Positions 1-12,400 of a DNA stretch of 20,000 nucleotides are shown here, piece by piece. The notes below the pieces were generated by a model. That model was given only the letters and a program-made list of their open reading frames with translations. It was not told the DNA's origin and ran no database searches. Every line of letters starts with the position of its first letter. Positions within the stretch are counted from its first letter, which is position 1. Origin of the DNA: Folioceros fuciformis (Eukaryota); contig JBNGIO010006282.1 in the NCBI GenBank assembly GCA_049999805.1, positions 183,264 to 203,263 of the forward strand, given 5' to 3'. The position numbers were made by a program, and so were the translations under genes.

Positions 1-430
1 CCAGCGGCGACGACGCACAAAACTTAAAGCTCCTTCCGAGAAGTGGAACGGAGGCCATGGAAAGTTCTTGAAGTCAAACGCATAGCCCCACCCTTCTTCA
101 TCGACAGGATCAACTTTGTCAACATACCAGTCGCTCGTCCATTCCCAGTTGGAGGGCAAGTCTACATGGGGAAATTGCTGCATCCAAAAACCACCAATGT
201 AAAAGGATAACGTCACATAAGCTATATCCACAACTGCATTAATCAGCTGTGAATTCACGACAAACATATCCACAAGGTTTTATGCAGTTCTCACCTGTGA
301 TGCGTTTGAGAAATCTTTCTTAGACCAGTGTCCAGGATCTGTTGGAAGAAGATGTCCTGGCCACGTGCTTCCCCACCCTGAGATAGGCTGGTACCTTTCG
401 TTCTCAAATACTTCTTCCACCACCAAGCCC
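1..430 (-). other. VPS13: DysF/peroxin (dysferlin-like) domain of VPS13M
   Basis: VEEVFENERYQPISGWG ... LPSNWEWTSDWYVD...DEEGWGYAFDF...FVRRRRW are the canonical DysF-N and DysF-C motifs. Confidence 0.85.
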
Positions 431-3400
431 TCGTCAGCTTTTTTACGATCAAGGGACTCATCATATTCTAATGAAAACGTTGACTTTCCTGACATTGGCT
501 TTGGGGATAGAGACACTTCAATAGGAAATTCTGCACTGTTCTGGACTACAACCAGAGATCTGATAAACAAATGCTTACTGTTGCCTTCCAGAACAATTTC
601 AGAGGCCACAATATCATCACCGATGGACAGTGGTGCGGCTCCAAAAGCATAGTTTAGACCCACGTTTGTCCATGGTCCTTTTTCTGAAGGACCGACTTGC
701 AATGTTCCTGGCTTTGGACCGCCTTGTCGTGTCACAGTCTGCCTCTTCTCACCATCACTCCCCAGAAAATAATACTCGGATACACATAGTTGGCCGCAAG
801 CTGCTTCCTCATCCTGATGGTCTACAGGGTTCTGTACGGCAAGAAAACAGGAATAGCTGAGTAAATCGACCACAATGAAGTAAATGACTGCAGTAGGACA
901 AGAGCTGTTCCAGCACCTCCGAATCCTGAGGCGTGTGAAGTGGATGCCATGTCATCTGAGTGCTTGACCAATTAATCTGTTCATTCTCCTGGAATTTATG
1001 GACCATACGTTGGTTTCTGTTCAGCTCATCTGCAAGAGGAATTGAGCAAAATCCGACGGCCGCCCCTGAAAATGGAGAAGCGAAAAAAATTCAATTGCAA
1101 GATATGAACATATAAAACTATCCGACAAAGTCTACATCTTGAAGAACAAGGCCCAAAATCACCCATCCTCAATATCAACCGCAAGTTGTAATGTCCATAC
1201 CTTTTGCAAGATCAACCACAAGTATTTCCGCTGCACACAATTCCTATATAGAAATGACACATTCAAATCAGACCAACGATATATTTGACAAAGCAAAAAC
1301 GTTTGCTTGATCTTTATAGTGCCACATGTCTCTCACCCCTGGTTCAATCTCAAACACAAATACTTCATCCCAAGTGACAGACACTTTTTGAGAGGAATTC
1401 TTCAAATCACTGCTGTCTGGGCTCTTGGATTGAGTTCTCGCACTCTGATGCTGTAGCTGCCTCTGATCGGCAGTTTGTACTTGTGGAACAATGCGGACAG
1501 CAGCCATATATTCTCTGCCCCCAAAACCATCTTCTGGAGGCAACTATTCCACACAGACACAGCAAGATCAACAAATGAAAACTAGTCAAATCTAGCTAAT
1601 AACTAAGTCGGATACACTATTCAGACGACCACATGCCAACCTCTGCTTCACCAATTCTGAGCGCCACGAAGAGAACCGGCGGCTTCCTTCGTCTTCCCTT
1701 CAGGCTCCGGTCTTCGATATTCCGTGGTGCAAGCTTCACAGACTGCTTTTCTCCGGGTGCAATCAAAAGTAGTTTTGCTTGACCAGCATCATCCACGACA
1801 GAGATAACAACATCTTCGCCCAGATCATTGTGACTTACAATGCAAAGGCTGTGTCTACTTTCAACTTCTAAAGCTGGTCTTGCGTCCCTGTTGGAAGCAA
1901 TTTGATCCTATGTCACGAGGAAATGCGACCTCAGTACATACAAAATGCATCACGACTGCAGCATGTAACACTTGCAAAATAGAAGAATAATAAACAAAAG
2001 ACAAGGGCCCACCAGGAAACTTTGTTTCTTTGAACTCTCCTCAATGTTACTCAACTTTTTCCAGCTAGCAGCTGCTTCCAGCAACAAATTGACATTGGCT
2101 GTTGACAAGTTAACATTCAGCATGCTGGTAGCTGCAAGTCGAATGCGAGTTTCTGTTGGCCGGGTTGTATCAGCTGGATCTTTGTTATACTCATACCTGC
2201 CCCAGCAACTCAGATTGGTTAGATGGTATGACATGGATTTTTAATCACCACCTGCCGTGTACATAACTGGGTGTCAATAACTGGGTGGACCCTGTGCAGG
2301 TGACACGAACACATACCTCACAAAGCCATCACACTGTTCTATGAGAGGTTCCCATGCATCATATTTTCCATTGTATGTTGCTCCACTCAGGGAGAAATTA
2401 GAAGCTGAGCTGAATGCTTCGGCTCTCCCATGTAATGCAAGTGTAATTCCGCTCAAGGAAAAATCAAGCAATCTAGCCATCTGAAAAAACAAAATATTCA
2501 CCTTGAGCGAAATACTCACCCAATCTTCGAGGGTGGCCACAAATTCATGCTTACACTTTTCCCAACATTGCTTACCAAACCACCAAAGTCGTCAAAGAAC
2601 GAGGCTGATACAAGCTTTGCCTCCGCATCCACAATTAGATTGTCAGGTGCATCGGGTTGTCGAAGCTCAACAAGACCGACAGCTAAGCGTTTTGGAGGAT
2701 GCTTAGGACCACGCTGGACAAGAAATGTATATCCCTGCACGTGCACAGAAGGTTTGAATCAAACTACACTTCTAGAGGTTCAGACATGTGACGGCGACAC
2801 TTAAATAATCAGCGACAACACTAGTACACAGGTGCATGAACTTCACCTCACTCTGCAAAGGCCAGATGCTGAAGTCAGGTTTCACATGTCTCAAGTCTCT
2901 GGTATCCCACAGGCTTGATGCAGGCAAAGATACTCCAATAACTAGATCTGTCCGAACACATGCCACAGATTCCGTATCCTCCACCTGTGGTGTGGAGGTC
3001 TTGGTTGCAACGCACCCAAGAGACACATACCCAGGTGGAGCAACAGGATACCAAAATGACACTGCTTCTATTCCCCTCTTTTTTGGAATTTGCCCTTGAA
3101 GACGAAAGCGTACAGGTTTTCTTAGCAATTCATCATCGGGATTGTCACGGAGAACCAGGCCCACGCTTGGAGGTTCATATCTGCCGCAACTCAAAGCATT
3201 CACAAACGTGCCATGAGTTAGAGATGTGGCATTCACGAGAGGAAAATTCAAACACTGCAAAAGTTTAAGTACACATGGATGTCCACAGCCACTTACCCTT
3301 CAATAGCCATATCACCACATGTAGCACAACCGATTGGAGCAATCGGCCTCCATACAGACACACTTTTTGCTGACCCACTCCCCTTATTCCACCAAATGAG

Positions 3401-6400
3401 CTTAAATCGAGCTACATGCTCGAAAATCCGGCCAGACGGTGATGCCGAAAGGGCTTGCTCAGCTTCCCCACCTCGTGATGATGATAACTGATTTGAGACC
3501 TGGGATGGATTACCCTGACCTGGGGAACAACCCTGATCAAACATTACCTGTCGAAGTTCATAGGGCTTAACCTTAGCTGTGCCTAAACCATGCTGCGTGA
3601 AAAACGACCCTACAGAATTATCCACCCTCCAAAATGCCTGGTTCATCGAATCCTGGTCACTGCATGGACAGAACGCACAGTCGTCTGAAACTATGCGAAC
3701 ATGAAACACATATACCTTCATAAACGGTTTCAAACCTGAGATGCAACACACTATTGAACTCACCGGTGCTCAGCTCGTACAAATATACAGTCCCTCATTG
3801 AGCAAGGGCTCAACAAAATCTCTAAGACACATTGCACAACATTAAGGGGTGGCGGGTCATGTCCCCTGGCGGCTACACATCCTAAAGGTAAAAAACCTGG
3901 TGGAGGGATTGGTAGCCAGACACAACACTCATCCTGCTCATGCTCTTCCCCTGCTGACTCTGTGAAAGCACCAAAAAAAGATTTTGACGACCAAACCAGC
4001 TGGAAATCTACCGGCTTCTTCACACGGGCAAGCCCCATATTGAGGGCCACAACACCCTTCGCTGGTGGCTCATGTCTGTCCAAAGAAACGCACCTTAGAA
4101 GTTTTCAGAGACAATACAGCCCCAAAAATTTCTGATTCTGTACTTACAGTGGTGTGAAACAATCCCCCAAGACGGCAAAACCCGGTGGTGCTCGAGGACG
4201 CCAGAATGCAATCTGATCAAACCCCTTCTCCACTCCTGATGGACAAGCAGATGAGGACCGCGTACAGACTATAGAATGTAGACAAGCCGGTTTAACATCA
4301 GACAAGGAGAGAGCGTCACCTTCATTTGCCCAGACTTTGTCAAACTCGGAGCACTCCACAGTTATCTGCTCGGAGGTGATTCGGAGGAATGACATAACAT
4401 CCTCTTGAAGCCTTAAGATCAACTGAATAATGCTAAACGAGAAGTTGGTATATATCTCTGACATGCCTACATGAATGTTCTGCTTCCCTGAAACATTTGA
4501 ATACTTCAACATGGTATCAAATGGCTCAAGAACATTCAGGCCACTGCTGGATTCTATAGAAAGGCTGCTTATCTTGGCATTCAACTCCATATCTTCACCC
4601 TTCATTATAAGTCTGAGACAGAAACCACAAGTAAACCACCTGGTGAAAATATATACAATATGATCCTGAGGTAGCACTATTGGGAAAAATACGCTTGTGA
4701 ATCCTAGACGAACTGTATTCTCCACGAAGATAGAGCTCAACTGTGAAAAACATGACAGCTACCTTTTGCTCAGGACAAGTGACGCACCTCGAAAACATGT
4801 TCATCCTAGCACGGAGGAGATTTTCAGGCAATTCAGGAAGACGTTTTGTGCCGTTGTAAAACGTAAGCTCTGGTCCAATTGCCTAAAACAGTGCTAAACA
4901 TTCAGACTTTGTTTCTTTGTCCACTGCCATGGAGTTGGAATACTTGATTTACGTGTCATATTTTCAATATTGAAAAGTTCATCACCTCAGTACCTACACA
5001 AACCAAAAGTAGCTCCGACTCAACTTCAAGACCTGACCCAGACATTGTACTTACCTGCAAATCGAACACGATTTCATCAGGAGACGATGCTGCCTCTGAT
5101 AACTCCTGGGGATGATCCGTGTTGTTTTCATCATCAGAACGGATTGAGCTGCCATCCGCAGACATTTCAGGCTTTTCCTCTAAAAATACGCCATCATGTT
5201 CAGAGGCTGAATAGCTACTATTGCTCCCGAGGCACACACAGGAATCAAGATATACACCATTCTGTCAACCCACAAGAATTACAGTTACCACTGCAAACGT
5301 AAGCCCTCAAATGCGTGCAACACTGAAAAATCAAAATGAAATAATATGAACTTGTAGAGAATCTTACCTGGATGATTACATTTTTGAATCGAAGTCTCTT
5401 ACGATCACCAACAAAGATTAGAGTCTCTTGAGTACCTTGATCCATGTTTGATTCAGTTCTGTTCAATAGGCGAATGACCTGACCTCTACCATCATATACG
5501 TACTCATCAACGCTGTCATAATCAGCTACAAGAGGCTTTTTGGGAGAGAGCACAACTTCCTTAGAATTCTGTAAGTGCACAGATTGAGTCAAAAAGATCC
5601 CACCTTTCATATCCAAAGGATTCTCATCTGAACCTTTACCATCCGAACGCACAGCATGGATAGAAGGTATGAAGAACTCTGCTACAGCAAGCAAAAAGTC
5701 TAATGCCACCAACAGGCGAGGACGTTGAAACCTCAGAGATATCATTTTCAGATGGTTATTCAGTTGAGCATCCAAAACAAGCATTGTAAGTGATGGTCCA
5801 CCATCAGTGTTGCAATGGCCGTCAGCTGCCTGTATGCCCCTATGCTCTTCACGACCCAAGTTATAGTCTTTCACATTGGCACTTCCTATCATGTATCGCA
5901 TTTCTGGTTCTGTGCCTTCACGATCATCCTTGACACTAAACCTTTCAAGGGTAGCCATGATATTCGCTTCATTTGTGCTATTCGCCTTGTAAGCAGCCCA
6001 TACTCCACTCACCTGACATACGATCAAATGCGACTTTTAGGATACAATCTCAACGTTAATTATTAGTAGTGCAAACACATCAAGCCGAAATTCCTCAGAT
6101 CGATTGACCATCAATAAAAAGGACATGTTAGCCCACAATCAATATATCGAAGCTACGCAATGCCCCAAATCAACCAATTCCAGTGTCAAAAACAAGAAAA
6201 ATATCTGACAATGCTTTGGCCATCAATAAGGCAAAACCTATGACCTATCAGCATACCAAAGCAAAGCAGATTCCGCAAAAGCCTAGTCAGAGAGATTCCG
6301 CATCTGAATCAGGATACTATGAAGTTGCGAAAATTCGGTGTAGAAATAGCCGCACCAACCTGGAGGGAAGCAAGGGCAGCGTCTCTAGTTCCTCCACTGT

Positions 6401-9400
6401 ACAAACCCAGGTCCACTAGTTGTATGCCTACTGCTACCTTAACTGTAGTCCATACAAACCCTTCACCACCATCATTTTGAGGCAAGGGCTGGGATTGCTC
6501 ATCTGGTGCTATCCCATTCTCTGTGGCCGTATTTTTCTCTTCGTCCTCAGACTTATGTTCCACGACAGGAGGAGGGAGGTTTGGAGTTTCACCAAAGTTG
6601 GTCACAGCACACTCTGTAATAACCTGATACTCCCTATCTGACAGGGCAGCTTTGAGTAGGTCTAGCTGCAAAAGATCCATCCACATATCAAAGGTATGCA
6701 ACAACATGTTAAGTTCAAACATTGTATTCTACTGTTCTACAAACTATTCACTCCATGTGTTCTGACCTTTATGGTCATTTCAATGCCAGGAATCTGGTGC
6801 CAAAGATCCCGAAGCGGACGCCTCAGAAGTAAGGACAATCCTTTCGCTTCCTGGATTATGCCTTCACCAGTCGTCCCACCAACTCCAACAACTAAATGTA
6901 AATCCTCCACCTGAAGCACGAATGTCAAGTTCATCCCCAGTACGTAGACGTCATTTTTCCTTCAAAAGCGATGAAATGTCTAAACCTAAGGTTCCAAACA
7001 ATTGAACTAACGAACCTGCAGTGACATTGTATCCAGCCGGACAGCTCCCAGGTCATCTTTGTTCCCACCCAACCAGTCGAAGTTGTTTTTCACATTGATG
7101 TGCAAAATATCCAACTCCAAAAAGCTGTGAGCACATTAGCTGTGTAAGCCCCAGATCATGACCATAGGCGAACAATCTCGCTTCACCTATTTGCCCACAA
7201 AAGAAGAAGTGAAGTAGCTAACATACTCGTGACTGTGCGTTGCCCTAGGCATAATAATGATGGGTTTGCTGAGGCTAATATCCAGCTTCAGCGCAGGAGA
7301 CCCCTCAATTTCAGATTGAGTAAACAATTTTTCCACGTTGGTCACTTTATCTTTGAGCCTCACAACATATCCAGCATTTTGTGGAACAAGGCCCATGAAA
7401 TAGGCAGAAAGCTGCAATATCCCAACAAGTCCAGCTTCAACTTTCGATTTATCACAAATGTGTAACATAGAAACCTACACCTTGCAGACTTATAGTACAG
7501 CAAGCCTTAGAACCATAAGGAGCAGTCTGGCAATACGCAAAGTGAAGACCGACAGGCAATGTGACCAACCTCTTGAATAAACCGATTTAGATACACAAAA
7601 CGCACTTCTGACAGCTTCCCCACGAGGCTATATTCATACCCTTGGTAATCATCGTCATCGGCGTTAAATGACGTGAATGCCAGCTAAAATAGAGAACACA
7701 AACGTGTGAGTCAGCAACAAAATCCAAACCGTGACAGGAGCTTTCTCGTAAACAGAGATCTCTTTAAAAATATGCGAACCATAGAACACCACGTTGCTAC
7801 CTCTATGAATGATGAACCACCTAGGTTCCGCATGTCACATATATACGAATAGGGATGATCATCTGGAAGACTGTCATCACTTATGCGCAGATTCCCAAGT
7901 GCAGCTTTGATAGCATAAGACGCTGGGAAGATCTAGCCAAAAAGAACCAAAAAAGTCAGCTACTCTCCTTCATCATCGTTTAGAAGATTATGTCTCGTAG
8001 ATGACAACTTCGACAACAAGAGTCACACCATTATCACGCTCTCTCAAACTGTCCACTGTAGCAACTCTATGAAAAGACATGCATACAGACATCACATACC
8101 TTGACCTCCGCATGTAGCTCTTCCTGTGATAAGGTGGCCAGCTGAGCTCCATCCTCCAAGTTCAACACAATTTGGGCACGATCCATGTGTAAAATCAGAA
8201 AGAAAACCACACGGTCTTTCCCCTTACCAAGTAGGCCTTTCACTACTGAATCATTACGGCCAAACTTTGCATCTCCCTTTTCATCTACTGCAGATGGATT
8301 TATCATAGTCACCACGTCATCTGCCTGAGGTGTGGACTCTACTTGAGCTGCTGAGTTATCGTCAACACCAATTTCCGCAGTGACTGCAGAAACTAGATCC
8401 AAAATTGCTAGTAGAGTACGCCGATTGCAGAAGAAAGACAATGTGGTCAGTGATAAGCGCACCTGCAAAGCCATAACAACCATAAATGATTTCACGAGAA
8501 TGAACCCAACATCCCATTGAAGAATACGGTAGTGCAGGATACCAAGCATTCATGACAAAGCTCTGCAATAGAACGTGGATTGATGCTCACTTCTTTATCA
8601 ACATTTCGGTAGTATGGCGAGTCAGGGGAGGAAAATATCATTTGGGCCTTGACAAAGTTATCTAATGCTCCCTCATGTGATCCACCATTATGTCCATCTA
8701 CATCACTTGGCACGGGTAGCAAGTCTGGTTCACGATCAAAGCTTGGCGGCTCTGTTCCATTCAGTTTCCCGTCATTACTGAACTCGTCAGCATCAAAGAA
8801 CCTGCCTGAGGAACCCCTCAACCTCCTAGATCCTCGTCCAGAGAAGTCACCATCTGAATCACCAAGCTCCTCCGCCGCATCAAAGAACCTGTCATCATCC
8901 CCCTCGCTCTCTTTTATGAGCTTCCTGCTGTAACCACTTCCCTTCCCACCCCTACCATTGCCGATCAACTTTCTCTTTCTGGACGGAGTCTTCTTGGGAG
9001 ACGTGATACAAGAGCGTGCCAGGTACTGCAGCGAAGGATGTGAGCCACCAAAAAGCTGGTCTTCCAGCTCTAAGGATTGCAGGACCGCTCCCAGGGTCAT
9101 ATCATATTGACGCATCACAAACTCCACCTGCCAAAAGCATGAAAAAGCTTTCATGGGAGCACACCATGTAGGAGCAACATACAGTGACCATACGTCAAAC
9201 TTCGAAGAAATGTAGAAACATCTTGCATAACCATACCTTGCTACCCAGAGCACGAAACACCACAACTGGCAGCTCCCTGTCAAGCAAAAATTGCTTTGAT
9301 GAGTAGTCTCCCTGCACCGTACCAACCCAAGCATTAATATTAACTGACGAGGAACTGGTGAGCATCAATACTACTGGGCCTTCATTGACCTGAGACTTAA

Positions 9401-12400
9401 TAGCATAGCAAAGGACTAGCTCTCACCCCTTGGCCATTGCTGACAATAATTTTCAGCTCATCTAGTGCCCCTGTCAAGTAGAAACTTTCAAGCTCTGCAG
9501 GATTTGCACTCTTTCCATTCGACACATTCAACACCGCATCTTTCGCAGAATCTTCCTTTTCTGCTTGCCCCTGGACCAGACTTGCAACTGCAGCAGGAGC
9601 CTGTTCACAAATTGCGGGTAACAATCAGGGAGCAGATCTCTTCATGCAAAATTTGCAGACTAAGTTGTACGCAAAATCACTCAAATAAGATCGCAGACGC
9701 CAATTCAGAACACAGCTTACTGATGACTGAAAAATGGCACTTTTCGTCCGGCTTTGCCAGCTATTGAAAGCCTCATCATCATCTAGCCGCAAAAGCAAGG
9801 CATTTGCAGACTCGGCAACCTGATGAAACAAAATCAAGAGGGAGACACATCAAATTAAGATCACAATAAGAAGGCATCACCATAATGTATACGATCAACA
9901 TATGTACCTTGCTGTTAAACTGGCCTGCATCACATATTGCCAGCACGTACTGTACTTCTCCAACAGCTTCAGGAGGGACAGGGAAAGCTTGTTTGCCAAT
10001 CAAACTACACGAAAAGCCAAGGCCGGATTATTTCAGAAATTTGGGAACGCATGCAGGTGAACCCCTACACTGCCAAATCACGACTCTGTAATAGATTATA
10101 TACTGTGGCAGCCATTTCAGTGACAACTCAGCCGACGAAGTTTGGTGTGTTCAGGTTCACAGCATTAACCAATGACTTCCTATTTCTCACCTATAGCACA
10201 CTTGGTACGACTTGGCAGATGGCGCTTCTAGAAGGTATAGGAAAGGACCCGCTAATGCAGCATACCTATGCTGCCAAACAGCTTCTCTATGCCCAACGCC
10301 CTGTAGTGCCACAGGTTTTAATGAGAACATCTGGTAGAACATGTTAGAGAGAATGTCCTAATGACCAAGGCTGCAACTTTAACATACCTTCCAGGCCAGG
10401 ACAGCCACAGACCCCTCAAAATCAGCTGGTTCCCAGGGACGGATGGAGGAAGCATCATCCTCCGATGCAAGAGTCTGAAACACTTTCAAAACTTGTAACA
10501 GTCGGTGATAGCGTGCTGGAGAAAACTGGAAACCGAGGGAGGGCACTCGCAAGGCTACACGCGTTGATGGAAATTGTGGATGAGGGGCACAGATCTGCTC
10601 ATGTTAACCGGTGCAACTATTTCTCGTGAGTACCATCTCAGCATGGCTTAAAACAACAAAACTGATGGAAAATTGCTCATTCCCGTCGAGTCCCTACACA
10701 GTGCAAGGTACCTGGTGGAAAGATAAAGCCATCCCACACTTCTCAAGGACTGGGAAGAATGCCCCACTGCCCTTGGCACTTCCATCCCAGCGTCTGCCCT
10801 CACCATCCCATTCATAGTCACCATCGACTATGAATGCTGACACGTCACTGAGATTGATTCTAAATCGCATGTACAGATCAACCTCCTCCGCATCATCCTG
10901 CAGACCAAATATCAATCCTTGAAACTCTGGTGAGCAACAAACCGTAAAATTCACCTTCATGGGGGAAGATTCTTTCATGCACTTACGTTGCTGGAATCCG
11001 TGCGAAGAGTGAGATAACCAAAATCCAGGAGTAGCTTGGTCTGTCTTACACCATCAGGGTAAAAATCTGCAGGGACTGTGACTTTCGGTGCAGCAATATT
11101 TAGATCTAGAGCAAACCTGAAGGCAAACAATTAAAGGAAAAAACACAGTTGGCGCCCAGTACAGACATGAGACACAATATAGTTGAATAATGCACAAGGG
11201 GAATCATGTCACTCGCACAAGCTCTCCCCACCAAGCCTACCTTGGCCTATCTTTCAAGGCTTCGTTCAACTGTTGCTGAGCATTTTTTGCAACTTCATCC
11301 AAAGTCATCTAAGTATAAGATAAAAGAACTCAGTAACAGTGCAGATGGACTAGCTTAACAGACGTGTGGCACTTCCAGAGTGGTTGACAACTCACAGCCT
11401 GTGCTTCGTAGATATCATAAAACTGTAAGTTAAACATGAGCATACCTGAAGAGCAGCGGCCGTTTGCACAGCAACACTGTGACTGACTGCTCGGCTATTT
11501 TGGAAGAAAGCAATCATTTTGTGGACACTTCTCTTCAAGACCTGTTCATATCGAATTCAGCACACCCCTGTGATCATGATGTGAACAAGGTCGTTGATTC
11601 AAATATGTGATCTGATACGTACCGTCACATAGCAAGGAGAAGCTGTTAGCTTCAGACTCCAGTCAACGTTCTCCCCCATTGGCTTGTACATGAACGTGGC
11701 CTCCAGGGCTCTAGAGCGTGTCCTACTCTGCATGCATCAGCAACAAAAGTGATACAAATGCATGTGCAGATTTCCATGATATGAAAATTACCAACATATA
11801 AGGCATTGCACGATGAATAAGGACAGCACATCAGAGCAGATTGAACAAAGGGGAAATGAAGAACAAATCAACAAAAATACCTCTGCAAGAATCCCCTCTG
11901 GAGAGCGGACTTGATATGATTCCAGTTTTACACCAACAATCTTTGTCTCGGGATAAACCTTCACATTGCACTGGAGGTCATCTGCTGAAAGCTCCACTAG
12001 GCATTCACCTCCAGTAGCCAGCAACTTTGTCGCATTGTGACGCATCCGCACTTCTAACACGGTGTGGAGCATGTCTGGAGCATCCTGCCCGGGAAGTAAC
12101 GTGGAAGGCATACCCTCCTTATATCCAATCACTTGATTCACTTGCTTCCACTCTTCATCATTCAGACCCCTTACTGCACCTTCGTTCTCATTTGATGAGC
12201 CACCCCTACATTTCCAGATGCACGTGCATATGAGGTAATATTTTCAACTTCATCCTATACCATTCTTGTTGCAACCAGGCTTACCATCCAAACCACCACC
12301 AACTTTTCTTTGACTGCCCTTGTGACCTCGCCTCTTGCGCCCTGGTTCTGTCTACAAAACTATGGGCCAAAATCCTGCAACATGCAACATGAATGAATCC

